From contig NC_135814.1 in assembly GCF_964213995.1 (NCBI RefSeq), forward strand, positions 57,846,001 through 57,910,000: a stretch of DNA of 64,000 nt, written 5' to 3'. Positions 1 through 13,900 of the stretch are shown one piece after another. The notes beneath the pieces are model-generated. The model searched no databases. It was not told the origin of the DNA and saw nothing but the letters and a program-made list of their open reading frames with translations. Made by a program: the position numbers and the translations under genes. The DNA is from Mustelus asterias (lineage: Eukaryota). The first letter of the stretch is position 1, and every line of letters begins with the position of its first letter.

Positions 1-138
1 ATGGCTCGTCATTACATAACCAAGGCTTTGAATTGAATTCCAACTCTCCCACTGTAAACGATGGCATCAAGCAAAGTGTGAGCCTCAGTGTGTCATTACA
101 GTCACCAGTAACGCCAGTGTGCAACAGATCCTCCGACG
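1..138 (+). CDS. HoxD12: HoxD12 exon 1, 3' part (5' end lies outside the window)
   Basis: Open frame from nt 3 (GSSLHNQGFELNSNSPTVNDGIKQSV...CNRSSD) ending at phase-1 donor G|GTATAG (139). It joins exon 2 to give ...SSDGLPW, the Hox12 linker. Confidence 0.8.
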
Positions 139-920
139 GTATAGTATCAGTGCAATATTCAAGCGATCATCCTTTGAAAACTGCAGTATCCCGACTTCTC
201 AAAAGTACTACCTGTCACCCTCACCTGAATTTCATGGACTGAATATCAAACAGCGAGCCTGAAAACCTTGCGCTTATTGTATTCAGAAAAAGCGGGGAAA
301 TGATTCTCGCAATTACAAAAAAATGATTAGGACGTGATAATAAACACAATGAAACTGAAGGCATGGCAGCGGTACATGAATGATAGGTCAAAATATTTGA
401 AATTGAATTAAAATTAAAATGTTACATGTTGCAGTTTGGGTTCTAACTAACATTTAAATTGTGAGGGAATCGTAACTTTACTGAATTTGTCGCCATTTTA
501 TTATGAAGCCAATTTTTCAGGGTGATTCCTTTGTTAGAATTGGCGAGTTTCTACTGCAGTGACTATAGAATATTAAGATGCTTGAATGCTGAAATAATGC
601 ATCTGTGCCATTTGACCAGCTTGTTGGGTAAAATAATAATTTACTAGTGATGCTTTTTTTCCTAAATCATCAAGACCAAGTACCACAAATAGAGAATGCT
701 ATATCTTTTGATCGAAGTTTCAACGTCATTTCAAAAAAGCGCAATAATATAAATCCGGCAACGTTAAAAATGTTACTGTCTGAAGGAACAACCCGTACTG
801 AAAAAGTCAATTATTCTCGAATTGGGGGTGAAGGGGTGTGTTTGGGGGGGAGGGAGGGTGGTGGGTGGTGAAATGTTTCGATTGCTTCAGCCTTTTTTTC
901 TTCTCTATGCCTATCAGCAG

Positions 921-1159
921 GTCTGCCCTGGTGTCCAACCCAAGTGAGGTCAAGGAGGAAGCGCAAGCCGTACACCAAGCAGCAAATAGCTGAACTTGAG
1001 AATGAATTTCTCGCCAACGAGTTTATCAACCGACAGAAGAGGAAAGAGTTGTCCGATAGACTGAATCTGAGCGACCAACAAGTCAAAATCTGGTTTCAAA
1101 ACCGACGCATGAAAAAGAAAAGGCTTGTAATGCGCGAACAAACGCTCTCACTTTTTTAG
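921..1159 (+). CDS. HoxD12: HoxD12 exon 2 (homeobox)
   Basis: Acceptor ...ctatcagcag|. Encodes [79 protein letters not shown]; [11 protein letters not shown] is typical of HoxD12. Confidence 0.95.
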
Positions 1160-4100
1160 GCCAAAGTAAAGTTCAAATGTGAGTTTCAAGGTCGTGAATT
1201 GAACTTTTTATGGTAATTAAGCTTGCTTGCAGAAAGCATGTAGATCAAGAATATCCATTGTTTTAATGGATAGGTGCTCCTTTGATGTGCTGTCATATAA
1301 AACAGCAATCTAACATTACATCGCCACTGCCACTAGTCCATGGCGTGTTGGCTTAGTTAAACATCAGCAACATACAGGGACTGAGATGCAAACTACGGAT
1401 ACCTCGTGAACATTTGCTATAGCAGGACACTGATCGCAAGGCACAAATTTGACTTGTTGTGGCCTGTACTTTGCTGTCCGTGAATAACGTGCCGGCGTCT
1501 TCTCATCATCATGTATTAGTTTCAAAGACATTTGTAATGGTTTTGTTTCCTCATTTTTTAAAAAAAATTGCCACATGACTGTCCAGACGAGTAACAAGCA
1601 GATATTCTGCATTTTGAGAATGTAAGTACAACAGGTAATTAGAATGGAACATTCGAATTTAAATCTTAAATATATAAATATTATGCATGCACTCTACCTA
1701 TGTAAATTGAGTTCTAATAAAATGAAGGACGAAGCAATTTTTCATTTGTATGTAAAATCATGTTTTGTAAACGTGCTGTGAAGCCGGAGGCGGACAATTG
1801 ATTAATACAGAGGTGTGTGGAAATCTGATAAAGATGCATACCCATTCGGGCTATTGCATTTGCTTTCCGCTAACAATGCGGGTCCACAATAGGTGTTCGT
1901 GGTCTGTGTGAATGGGAAGGTGCTGATATTATTGACGTTCTGTGACTGCCCAGTATAGTGGGTGTTTTCAAAGCAGCAAGAACTTCGGCTTCCGAATTCA
2001 GAGTTGCTCTGCTGAAATTGAATGCGACACAAAATAAATAAACAACGGTGCCAGAAATTCAAAACAATAAACACAGGGGTGATACATTGTTATGGAATTG
2101 TACTTTTCTGGGACCCTTTAAAGGCCCATATTGAACTAAATAAAAATAAAGAAGCACGCCTCGCAATGTTTTCCACAAATGATTTATTGCAGTCGTTTCC
2201 ACTCCAGTAACATTAAGTCAACGTCTGATTTCAGAATAAGTTTCAATAATTATACACTAGCGATTAATTGGGAACGCATAATATCCACCTGATGCATAGG
2301 TTAGAGGATGGGAAATTTTGACTTGCTAAATAGACAGATTACAGAGTTTCGGAGCTAATCGCCTTCAAATGATTGCATTATTGCTGGAGCAATATTGCTT
2401 GCTCACTGTGCACACGCGCCAAACAATTTTCGCCCATCAACTTCCGATAGGGTGATCTGTAGACTTTCAGTGCTTGCTAATCTACTTGGGTTTAAACTGT
2501 GCAAAATCTGAGGCTTCTGAAAATTCGGATCAGGAGGAGCAGCAACATTTAAGGAGGTTGCATCCAGATTCAATGAGATAGATATTTATCTTCAACTGTG
2601 TTCTCAGACCCCAATCGTAACGCAAGAGCGGGGCACCAATAGAAAGCGTACAATATAACAAGACATCCTGTCGACATGTATTTGTATTCAGCTGGATTTT
2701 GGTTCTGTAACAACCCGCTTAACTCGCTAGTTTGAGAGTTGCTGTTTTTCACTTATAGCGCGCCCCTATTTCCATCGAACCATAATAGTGTCCCTCTCTC
2801 ACATTATTACAATAATTCCAATTCTTAATCATCAGAAACAGTAAGTGACCGGTGTACAAAAAAGGCAAACTTACGAAACAAAATAAAATGAAATAATTGA
2901 ACCTTTGTTGTAATTTGAATATGATTTGACCCGGATGCAGGGCGCCACGTATTTCTCTCATTTGAAACGAAAATGCGACTTTTATTCATTCGTTTCATAC
3001 GGGTTGGCGACCATTCAATTCGCCGCTGCGACATTTTTCTTGGAGTAGTTTAGAAGTTTGGAAATAATGTTTGTTTTTTTTTAAGAGTGGAGTCAAGTGC
3101 AATCAACCTCTTTTGATAATTATTGTTGCACTTTCCTTTTATGGCAATGCCTGCTTCCTTCATTCTTTTTGATTTGACGGTCACAAGTACGGCGGATTTC
3201 TACCTCATTTAAAAATGGAAAGTTCCATTTCGATGCGAATAAGTCATGTTTATTAAAATGAGGGTTTGGTGGAGATAATCTTTGTACTTGAGCCTGGGCA
3301 GTTAGCAGAAGATGTAAACGAGAATGAATGAGTTGCAGTCACTTCGCTTCTCATTCTCGCAAATCAGGACGTGGGTGGGCAGAAGCAGCCATTACTTCTA
3401 ACCCCGCCATTTGTCTGGACTTTAATTAAACATGCACCGTGCGATTTCATGAACCTTTAAAGGAGCTTTAATGAAATATATCAACGCAAATGAAAGTTCT
3501 CTGTGATTGAAGATAATTAGATATTTAATTCTGGGCATTTTCCAGGCAGTACCTGCTTTGGCAACAGGCCTTAACTATGTCCAGATTTCTTTTAAAGTGT
3601 GCATCGACAATTAGGCCTATGAAATTCGGAGAATTTGTTTTCAGGCGAGATATAGAAATACGACTTTCGATGCAACCAATGCGCACACCCATTTTAAATT
3701 ATTTCGATGCCCTTAATTTGATGCTGGGTTGGCATTTAATAATTTGCTGGTGTCAAAGTGACTTTTCATATCCCTGGTCCCCGTGATTGTATCAGCTTCA
3801 AGAAATTAATGTAGATGCCTACAGCCCAGATGTTACAGCGCACGACACTTCCCTGCAATGTCTGGGTGATGGAAATGAATGGGAAGGTTGCTATTATTGT
3901 GGATGCCACTTTGCATTTCAAAAAGACAGGTGTTATGGGAAAGAACAGTTAAACTACGCTATTCTGAATGAAGGTTCCTCCGCTATCACCAGAGGTAAAA
4001 TATGTATTTAAATGATTATAGGTTTCATCAAACTCTATTGCACTAGGGATATAAACTTTTGGCATGAAATTGCACATATTTATAAATACAATGAAAACGG

Positions 4101-4859
4101 TTACATGCCGTAATTTACATTGCTCAATTTTTAGAAAGTTGGGTAGAATTAGCATGAGTGTGCACTTGGAACCGATTGAATTTGGTGAGCTTGTCTTGGA
4201 AGCACTGTGAACTAATGAAAACGCCACGTAGGTCAGCAGGATGGATGGGTGGTAGTGAGGGAGCTTCTGGCAAACACCAGAAAGACGCCCGCGAGAGCCA
4301 GATTAGAAAATAATGCGACCCCGAATACCGCCTCCAGTTCGTCGGAATTGGTCGAACGGGTCTCTAAAAGGTCCTAAACATTTTAATGCACATTCATCAA
4401 CATGTGAGTTTTATTTAAAAATCTATGAGGCCATGCATTCGCTAATGTTAAAAATGTTAGCGCTAACAGCGTGATTACACGTCTAGTCCAAGCATTAATT
4501 AAAAATAGACTGAGAGCCCAGCATTCCGGCACTGTAAATTGACTTTCAAATTGAATTAGAAACGGAGGAAAATGGCTAAGGCTCTGTTTTTCCAACTGCT
4601 GCGTTTGGGGGATGATGAGACCTGAGCTTGGTGCTGAATTTCTGACCGCTTCCCCCCCCCCCCCCAACCCGCCCCCTTTAAGCATTATACCGCAAATGGA
4701 AATAAATGTGCTTACATCGTCCCAGACTGTAATTTCCAATAATTTGTGCAATAATTGTGTACAGTAAATTACTCCAGCACCAAAATGTATTGCTGCATCA
4801 AGGTTATCATATTTGCAGCAGTATAACCCAGAGCTTTGGAAATTTGTCCGACATTACGT

Positions 4860-4980
4860 CGAAATGGCTCGGAATCTCTTTTTCATCTCACTTTTATGGG
4901 TCGAGCTGCCAGACAGTGTCTGTACATGTTCTCCAGATACTGGGGGCGCCATAACAAAGTTAAGGTCAAGTTAGTGTCTC
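4860..4980. promoter_or_regulatory. Candidate conserved element between HoxD12 and HoxD11 (possibly region X-like)
   Basis: TTTTATGG (Cdx/Hox-type), GGGGGCGCC and AAGTTAAGGTCA nuclear receptor half-sites cluster within about 100 bp. The identity is inferred from position only. Confidence 0.3.
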
Positions 4981-7659
4981 TTTTTGCATTGCACAAGTCT
5001 AACATACCTACTGATCGTGGACTTCGCTTGACTAATGAGGGTTTTTTTTCCACATTGGAAATACTTATCGCTGCGCTCTGTTCAAAAAAAAGCAAAGAAG
5101 ACGCTAATATTTTGCCTAGGACGGCAACGTGAAAGAACAAATCGCCGATTTGAAGAATTGAGTAAGAAAGAAATACGCCAGACAAACTTTCCCTGTGCGT
5201 CGCCTTTTTGCTCCATGTGTGTAAGAGAATAACGATCCTAACTTATATCCTATAAAACTCTTTACTTGGTATACCAGAACCGCCTTTGCTTCCCTCCGCC
5301 CCCCCCCCCCCATCGATGTTAAACAAGTTGTTAGGTATTTGTCCGCATTTAACATTCAATACAGGCCGAATTGGTCATCTGAACACGAGATGAGAACAAA
5401 GGGCACTTTTAATTCCCTTTCCATTTACAGCCATTGCCATAGTATTGAACCGGGTCTTTTAACACACGGACTAATGTTATGTGATTGAATTAGTGCGTAT
5501 CTTCATAACGGTTGATGCTTGGAAATTGCTTGGAAATGACATCAAGCCCATGGCCAGTACATTTGAGCTTTACAACCATTATACGCAGAAAGGAAAGCCA
5601 TATTATAACCAGTGCATGCTTAAGCGAGTTCCGTAATCTATTAATAGAATACGCCACGATGATGTTTTTACTAACTACATAAAGGATGCATTACATTCAA
5701 GAGGAAGAAAATTAAAAATGAATCAATATTTGTAAGCGAGAGGTTTCTTATTTCAAATGATTGTGTCGGGGTAATGCTCAACACGCTATCTACATTTCAA
5801 TGTGACTTATTCTGCTGTATCGGTGATCACGGTCGACATACCAGATCACTCAGCCGTGCTGCGTTAGGAAATTTCAAATTTTGATTTAATTTGAGGTTAA
5901 TTATCGTTATTATTTTACAATAAATACACAAAGACAACACTGCGTTTTAGATCCCATTAATTAAAACGATACCGGGTCACACACTTTATACTAACAACAG
6001 TCGGAGGTTGCATTTTAGAAGTGCGTGTGCAAGTTTGACGAGAATGGAGCGAACAAATCGAAACTTAACACATTTGTGGGATTCAAACCTTTAATTTAAA
6101 TCCATATTTTAGGAGACTTACTTTACAACCGAACAATTATTACTTATGGAATCAATGACATTTATATTTTATTATGTTTCCATTCGGAGAAGTGGGACTA
6201 TCCTCAGATTGCTCGAGTTAATTATACAGAATCTTGGTCTAATTGAAAGATACGTACAATATTATTTGTCTATTGCAATCTGACCAAAGTAAACAAATAT
6301 TGATCAGAGCGCTACCTCCTGCTCGGTCTTGCGGGATAAATGGAAAGCGAGATAATGACATGCAATATTTAATGAGTGCATGAGCGCAAATTGGAACATG
6401 AGTAGATCTCCTTCCATAATTAAATATGATTTTTTTTCTCCGTGGAGCTGCCTCCTCCCACACCCTCCAAGCTGTTACATGGAAATATCAGCTTATATAT
6501 CTTTTGCTTGATTGGCCTTCACTTAAAAGGGTCGAAGATGATCCATATTTGCAGCTTCGAGCTCTATTTAAACAAGAAGTTCGCTTCCCTGCCGATATTT
6601 AATTAGACTCCACATATTGGCTTCTGCCGATGGGGGAGATTACGGAATAACTCGGCGATGCACTCGTTTGCATTCTCAGATTTCTGAACTCACTCCAGTT
6701 GCCAAACAGAGCCTCCACATGTCGTTTCCAATTTATGCAAATCATGGATATTAACTTTTGAAATTGCAATGAGAAATGTACGCCTCGAGCAAGCCTGATA
6801 TTATGGTCATTATTTAAATATTGCAGTGCAGCCATATTTTAACGTTAATGTCAAAATAGCGATGCGGTTCTAGAGGCGCCCAACTCCAAAACCTTGTTTA
6901 ATTTGCATATTTACGATTTATGTCGAAGATAGTGTTAAACTCGCGCGATCATTGGATGGTTAATTTGCGTAATGTAAACAATAATATCGAGACAATTAAT
7001 GAAGGAAATCTTTTTTTGGCGGTAACATAATGAGACTCAGCAGTAGGGAATGGCTTTAACCATGTGTATATTCTTGGCTATAGCATATGTCAAATCCGAT
7101 CTTAGAAATCGAATCGAAAGGTTGCAAGCCACCAGCTTCGAAATAAAAGTGAATAATGTCGCTATCGTCCTTGAATAGACATATTCCATCTAATTTCCTT
7201 ACTCTGAGATATATAATGAAACTTCTGTTAACACGTCAATCCGACCTTGGAGTAGAGTTTAGGCAGGACCTTGTAATTCGGTTCACCCACCACGAAATGG
7301 CTTGGAGCTCCCCCTTGTTACTCGTATTAGCACACGTATAAAAATAAAGTTTTATATTTTAAGATATTTAGAATTCTGCCTATTTGGTAGAATATAGTTT
7401 TGTATTATGGACACGACCTCAACAGTTAATGAAACAGCGCCGATGTTTTTGGAGTTTCCAAATATAGAAAGGTATCTGTGACAGAGTGCGGTATGTCAAT
7501 TAAATTATTTGTTACTGTGTTTGCTTTATCCTTAGTCACAGGGCAAATCATTGGCACTGGGAAGGGAACGCGGCTACCTAGCACCGCCTGAAAGGCGATA
7601 GGCTAATTTCGACAGTATTACCTTCGAGTTCCAAAGGATGGATCTTAATGACCAAAACT

Positions 7660-7760
7660 GATCTATGGTAATTTCTACATTGGATCACATGACTCGTTTA
7701 GCCTTAGAATCAATCAAGATGAATTGCACGTCAACTTGCGTTTCCAATTTTTTTTTTCGC
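7660..7760 (+). promoter_or_regulatory. HoxD11 proximal promoter
   Basis: CATTGG (7678) and TCACATGA (7685), then TGCACGTCA, 120-180 nt upstream of the ATG; Hox11-type promoter motifs. Confidence 0.65.
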
Positions 7761-7854
7761 CGGCCCTGTTCATACGCTTTTAGGGTAGAATAGATGGAGC
7801 ATGTTTAACATCATCAATCCTGATAATTCGGCCTCGCAACTCCGAAAGCAAAAT

Positions 7855-8458
7855 ATGACAGAGTTTGAAGACCTTGGTAGCTGCGGCTCCAGTATGTATC
7901 TGCCCAGCTGCACGTACTATGTTTCAGCCCCAGATTTCTCGACAGTGTCAACATTTTTACCGCAGAGCACCTCTTGCCAAATGACATTTCCTTACTCCTC
8001 CAATTTAACCCAGGTTCAACCTGTCCGTGAAGTGGCGTTCCGAGATTACGGTTTAGAACGTCCGGCTAAGTGGCATTACAGGAGCAACTATGCTCCTTAT
8101 TGCACGGCAGAAGAAATCATGCATAGAGACTACATGCAACCACCGAGCAGGGCGGGGATGCTGTTTAAAAACGATTCTGTATACAGCCAGCGTGGAAGTT
8201 CAAATCCATCTTGCAATTTCTACACTGCTGTTGGCAGGAATGGAATTCTCCCTCAAGGTTTCGATCAGTTCTTTGAGACGGCTTATGGGATTTCTGACTC
8301 CGCTAACTATGAACAGTTGACCGAAAAGTCTGTGTCGGCGTGCCAGAGTATCACAGCATCTGAGAAAGTTTCTTCCCGGCAGGAGAAAGAAAGTGCGACC
8401 GAAAAGAGCACGGTGGAGTTCTCCGGTAACAGTGTGGCCGACAAAAGCAGTCTATCCA
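7855..8458 (+). CDS. HoxD11: HoxD11 exon 1
   Basis: [24 protein letters not shown]...[14 protein letters not shown]...[18 protein letters not shown] are Hox11 N-terminal motifs; phase-1 donor A|GTAGGT at 8459. Confidence 0.93.
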
Positions 8459-9023
8459 GTAGGTGCAGTAGTAACCCGGGGTTAGAATACAGGGCCAACA
8501 CATTTTGCCTCACAGATTTTATGTGAAATTTTATAAGCAGACGAAGGATTTTATATACCCTATAAGATCTGCTTTAAAGTTGTAAAGGTTGTTTACGACG
8601 GGAAATCGGTTTAGGTGGGCTTTTTGAATATGTAAAATCACGAATAGTCGATTTTAACTTTATATAATGATTTCAATACAGTCATTGCAATTTTACTGGA
8701 GGGGTTTTTTTTTCTGTTTTCCATTCATTGCCAAGGCTTTTCTTCCAGGGTAACAAGGCAAAATTTTAATTATGATAGTTTCCCCTGCGATTGTTGATTT
8801 CAGTGCGAGGGTAAGGAAAATTATGCTTCATAAAAGAAAACCTAATTTAAGCTTTTTCATTTTTAAAAAAAGTTATCAGTAAGTAAATAGTCCTATCAGG
8901 ATGTATTGGGCAAGTCGAACATTATTTGCATAATTTGCTGTCGAGTTTATGTAGAAGGAATTAAGAACACGTCTGTTGCTATTTGATACTTCGTAACCTT
9001 ACGTTTTAATGTGTTCCCATCAG

Positions 9024-9256
9024 CCGCTGTGCGATGCAGAAAGAAAAGATGTCCTTACACGAAATATCAAATCCGGGAACTTGAACGAGAATTTTTCTTC
9101 AATGTTTACATAAACAAAGAGAAGCGCTTGCAGTTGTCGAGAATGTTAAATCTCACCGATCGACAAGTGAAAATTTGGTTCCAGAATCGAAGAATGAAGG
9201 AAAAGAAACTTAGCAGAGACCGCCTTCACTTTTTTACTGGCAACCCTCTACTGTGA
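9024..9256 (+). CDS. HoxD11: HoxD11 exon 2 (homeobox)
   Basis: Acceptor cccatcag|. Encodes [72 protein letters not shown]. Spliced CDS is 837 nt (278 aa). Confidence 0.96.
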
Positions 9257-10035
9257 CTATGATACAACTTAACTCTGGTGGATTCTCTCCGACCAACTCT
9301 CCATTGCCTTAGTCAATATTTATTTACAGAAGGAGTGACTTGCAAGTATGAGGGGATAGTTTTGTTGTTCTTCTTTGGCAAGCAGACGGCCCTTAATGCG
9401 ATCGACGTAGAATCGAATTTATAAAGGTGACACGGTTGTGCGGGAATCATGGCCGAAGTGTAAATTAGGGAACATCCTTACCTCAGTATTTGTGTTATTC
9501 AATTCCAACGGAAGAGGCTTGATTCACGGCATAAAAAGGCAGCGTGCTCATTTTTAACAATAAACCGGGGTAATTGAGGGCTGGGATGGAGCAGTCGTTC
9601 GTTCACAGCGATAGGTCAATCAGATAATATAGTATTTTCTATTTGTGTTTTAGTCATTGTATAGCCAAACTAACCATTCTTGTTCAATGTGTATGTATTC
9701 CCATGAAAAGAAGAAATGCATATTTATTATTTTACGTTCTTTTCCAATGTATTTCATTCATTAACTATAACATATCGTAGCTAGAAATATCTAAAGCTAT
9801 TGCAATGTCAACAATTCTGTTTAATGGTTACAAACTAGTTGACATTTCATGATAAATGCATGTGTTAGTATGTGTTCTGTCTCAAATGAAAACAAGTCTT
9901 CTAAGAAATCTTATAAATAAACTTTTTAAAAATGAATTTGAGTATACTAAGCAGACCAGATTAAGGGCACCAATTCATTCAGAAGATCCAAATATCGTTT
10001 ATCTCCCAAGTACACAGCAATTTACTGCACAAAGT

Positions 10036-10131
10036 GCAAAGTAATGCGGATGCTGGAAATCTGAAGTATAACAGATGGTGCGTCATCTACTGAGTATTTC
10101 CAGTATTTTTTTGTTGTTTATATTACAGATT
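10036..10131. mobile_element. Internally deleted copy of a palindromic interspersed repeat
   Basis: Left arm GCAAAGTAATGCGGATGCTGGAAATCTGAAGTATAACAGA and right arm CTGAGTATTTCCAGTATTTT...TTACAGATT resemble the arms of the 20950-21135 element. Confidence 0.55.
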
Positions 10132-10504
10132 ACTGCCTGGCTCATGTATTATGCGTCCCCACGAATGTTTTTGTTTAAAAACGAAAAGCCGAAATTTGAC
10201 CTGGCGGTTCGCCGATAAACATGATAGTTAATTGCAATTTTTAAAAAATATTTGGAGGAAACGTATTTACATCTGGAAATTAATTGACTTTTTTTTTCCA
10301 TTTCATGATGAGAAAACGGGCCATGGCAGCGTATAATCAAAACTAAACTAAATTCTTACAGAAGGAAGTACTTACATGTATAAACAATATATGATAACTT
10401 GAAACTAATCCGTGTCCCTGTGACACAGTAAATAAGACTTCTCAAAACGTTTAATTTTTTTTCGGGGAAAAAAAAGAATTGCCAAGTTTCCGTGCCGCAT
10501 GACA

Positions 10505-10545
10505 TAGCATTGCTGTTTACAAAACCTTGAACTGTCTAGACAACA
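10505..10545. promoter_or_regulatory. Conserved Hox11-Hox10 intergenic block (possibly region VIII-like)
   Basis: TGTTTACAAAACCTTGAACTGTCTAGAC contains a Fox-type TGTTTAC. I recall similar sequence downstream of Hox11 genes; the name is inferred from position. Confidence 0.4.
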
Positions 10546-10867
10546 TCGTAAAGTTCACTGCTCTAACCAGGCTAATGGCGACTTATTACACCTTCTAGTC
10601 ACTAAGGAAGGCTCCTGCACCACATACCAAACAAAAGAATCGAAAGAAATCAAAGTAAGCAGATTTTTAACAGGAATACGAACACAAGAACGTTTCAGCT
10701 GATAAGTCTACCATTTGAAAAAAAATCTGCACCTCACATAAGTTACATCAAACAAATTTGTTAAACCTAATGAAGACCAGGGTGATACTGACAACGTCGC
10801 ATCTCCTCGTGAGCATGCTCGGGTATATGTTGAAAAGAGAATTCTTATAATGTTGTCTTTGAACTTC

Positions 10868-10900
10868 TATAATGTCAAGGTCATCACCTTTAACCTTTTT
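10868..10900. promoter_or_regulatory. Region IX-like nuclear receptor element 3' of HoxD11
   Basis: TCAAGGTCA (10875-10883; NR5A/NR6A-type) abuts TCACCT-T-TAACCT (10884-10896; DR1 on the - strand), matching the layout of Hoxd11 region IX. Confidence 0.65.
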
Positions 10901-13900
10901 GAAGGCATAGGCGCCTGGTGGCTGTTGGATTGTTCTTGCAGCTTCCCTCCTTAAGGCAAAAACTTCAACAACTATATCGTGTTGTTAAAGTGCGCGTGCT
11001 GAAGGCCACAAACAATCAATGTGAAAATGCTATTTCCTTAATATATCTCTATTTTAGCTGAGTTTGTGTACGTTTCCAAAAATTACATTGAGCAATACAC
11101 CCGAAGTCTTTTTGCATTAATAAGTACGAAGGCTCCTTTGTTCTCCCATGCTTAGCTGATAGGAGTACTATATTTCCATTTAGGTTATTCTCTTGCAAGT
11201 CGAACGAGTCAAAAATGTTCATCATGCGTCCAAACACTATACCAATCGCCCACGAGTATGTCGGTTTCCATGGAAATGAGAGAAAATGTAATTTACGACT
11301 CAATAGAATTTCCGATGTAAACCTGGGCATTCACTGTATTCTTGTAATATACAATACTGATCTAAGTATGACTTTACTGTTTGCATATCTTACTTAAATG
11401 ACCATGACATATATAATTTGATTAGGCTCATTAAAAAGTGTCAAAACAGCGAGACTAGTTTACAGTGATAGTCATTGCCAGGATAGTTAATTCTGCAAAT
11501 GGCCACACGGCGGCGCACTGTAGCACTAAGCTACAGGCTGGCATGCTGTGATAATGTCTTTCAGAGATGAATATGAAAGAACCCGAAATAATGTAAGTAT
11601 TCAGAACGATAAAGTTCTCCTTATTCCTGCCATTTATCTGGAACATTATGCCGAAGTGTGGGATTAAATATAAGCCAGATCAATGTATCTGCAGGTTCAT
11701 TTGGTTTTTGGCTCTCTTTTAAAAATTAAGGCGTTTCATTTTCGGCGTAATGAGTACAGAATAAGTAAAAGTCACCTTCCAATTTCATGAGTTGGATAGT
11801 TTGATTCGCATTCACTCGGTATATTGTCTTAAGCTTGTTGATCGGATTTGTTGGGTGCAGATTGAAGGAAGTTATAAAGTATTGGGTTCGAAACAAAGGT
11901 TTCTTTTTAACATACGAAGATCAAATCAGATCCGGTGTATTATTTGTAACAGCCCCAGAAAACATTCTGAATGTATGGAGCAAACTGAGGGAACACATTA
12001 CCGCTAATTTGAAAAAAAAACTATGCGAAACAATGTAACAAAGGATGGAAATTGTTAAATCAAACAACTGCTGTTGAGAAATAACCTAAAGAGTTCTATT
12101 CACATCCTGGCGAAGCAGTCGCGGCTTAAATGGCAGCACAATATCTGAAACAGCTCTTTCTCAATACCGTTTTCCCCATGCGGTGTTTCCGCAATCCAGA
12201 CAAACTTAACAAGATTATGAAATGAATAGTATTGGACAGTCAAATAATACTTCCGGCTATACAATTCGCCTCGATAATGACATGTTTAACTACAGTATTC
12301 GTTTCTGCTTTTACTGGACAAAGGAAAGCCGTTCACACTGTTGTTGCGTTTTGGATTCCTCCCCTCTTTTGTAAAAGTGAAAAGGGAATGTTGAAAGCTG
12401 GAGTATTGACTTCGGCGACGAAAATCAATAACTACCCCATTCTCTCACAGTGTGGAAACGAGGAATATTTGATGGTCATATTCGGCGAGCCATTTAAGTG
12501 GAATCAGCGAGAATCAGCTGGTCCGACTTAACGTGCAAAATTTTCATCTCTCTTTTGCGAGAGTAACAGGAATTTGAAATATTTAAACGTATAGAAAGAA
12601 ACACCCTTTAATTTCTTACTGTAAAACGGAATAAACGCATATATGCAAGATAATTTTAAATTGTCAAAGTGGCCTATTGCAGTAATTGGCACTAATACCC
12701 GCTCCAATCTCATTAATGGCTCGAGTATTAAATGAGTGGGGGGGGGGGGGGGGATGTGGAGGGGGGGGGGCGTTGTTTTAAGTTTTCTATCTGTGCGGAT
12801 GAAGATTTCAGAACACGAGCTAAAGTACCCGAGCGTCTTTCCCTTTCTCGCAGCAAAGCTGGCCGGGTCATATTTTTCAACTATCTCCCATTCAGTTCTG
12901 TCCATTTAGTGGAGTGTTGTGTAAGGAACTTTTATTTTGCTCAATTTTTATCATTTTATATTTAAATGACGAAAAATAGTTTGGAGGAAAACATTGTTCC
13001 TGTCTCCTTGTTTATAAGATGATAATACAGTATTCTGAAATGCGTAATTTAAAATATGGAAAGGCTGATATTCAGATAGGGGCAATTGCTTTATTGATAA
13101 ACATTTACTGACAGCAAATACCACCAAAGCTTGTTTGATGTGACAAGGAGTGAAATTATGTTAGACTCTGTTGCTGATCGTTTTGTAGTCAGGGTATAAT
13201 AAAAGCCCTGTGCATTATCATTAGGCTTCCAGTCACAACTTAACTGCAAATATCCAGTGACCACACATATTTCCGAAGTATCTTCAGGCACTAACAATAG
13301 AGCCAACGTTTTGCTATCGGCAACTGTGGTGGCAAACAAAGTTCGGCTGACGGAAGCTTCGCGTGCCCTTTAACCGGACGTTTATGGAACATTTAATCTT
13401 TTCTGCATTTGTCTGATGGACTGTAAACAAGAAGGTGAAATTAGTGGCACACGCTTCGTGTTTACTCCTTTAATTTCGAGTTCTGAGCGTGGCAAAACGG
13501 TCAGAAAAATTCAAGGTGAAAGTGAAGGTAGAAGTGGCTGACACTTTCATGGTCACAAGACCATGCCAGTTTAGGCTGGTGGGAAGTGTAAAGGGAGAAA
13601 TGTGAGCCTTTATCAAAGCATGGAGCCAACTGTTTGGTCAACACGGCAGGAGAAACAAAGGAACAAGCAATTCCATCCAAACATTCGCAGTGACTATAGT
13701 GATTTAAAATTGTTCCATCTTTTTTTTAGGGGAGGGGGACTTGACATTTTTCCTATATTTTGTCTCATTTTGACAATAGATTGTTGGTGATGTTTGTACA
13801 TGTGTACGGAACGGAAATGTTGCTCCGTGTTCCATTGCAAATCGATGCAAATGCAACACTGTTGCTTCATGTTCCTGTTTAAATCTAATATTAATGAAGC

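Noticed and set aside
8459-8526. Read-through tails of exon-1 ORFs (also 18471-18496, 25426-25469, 44555-44619, 54179-54312)
   Set aside because: Intron sequence beyond consensus donors; no evidence for intron-retained proteins.
10078-10094. CTCF-like TCAGTAGATGACGC on the - strand
   Set aside because: Falls at the deletion junction of the palindromic repeat remnant and has core mismatches.
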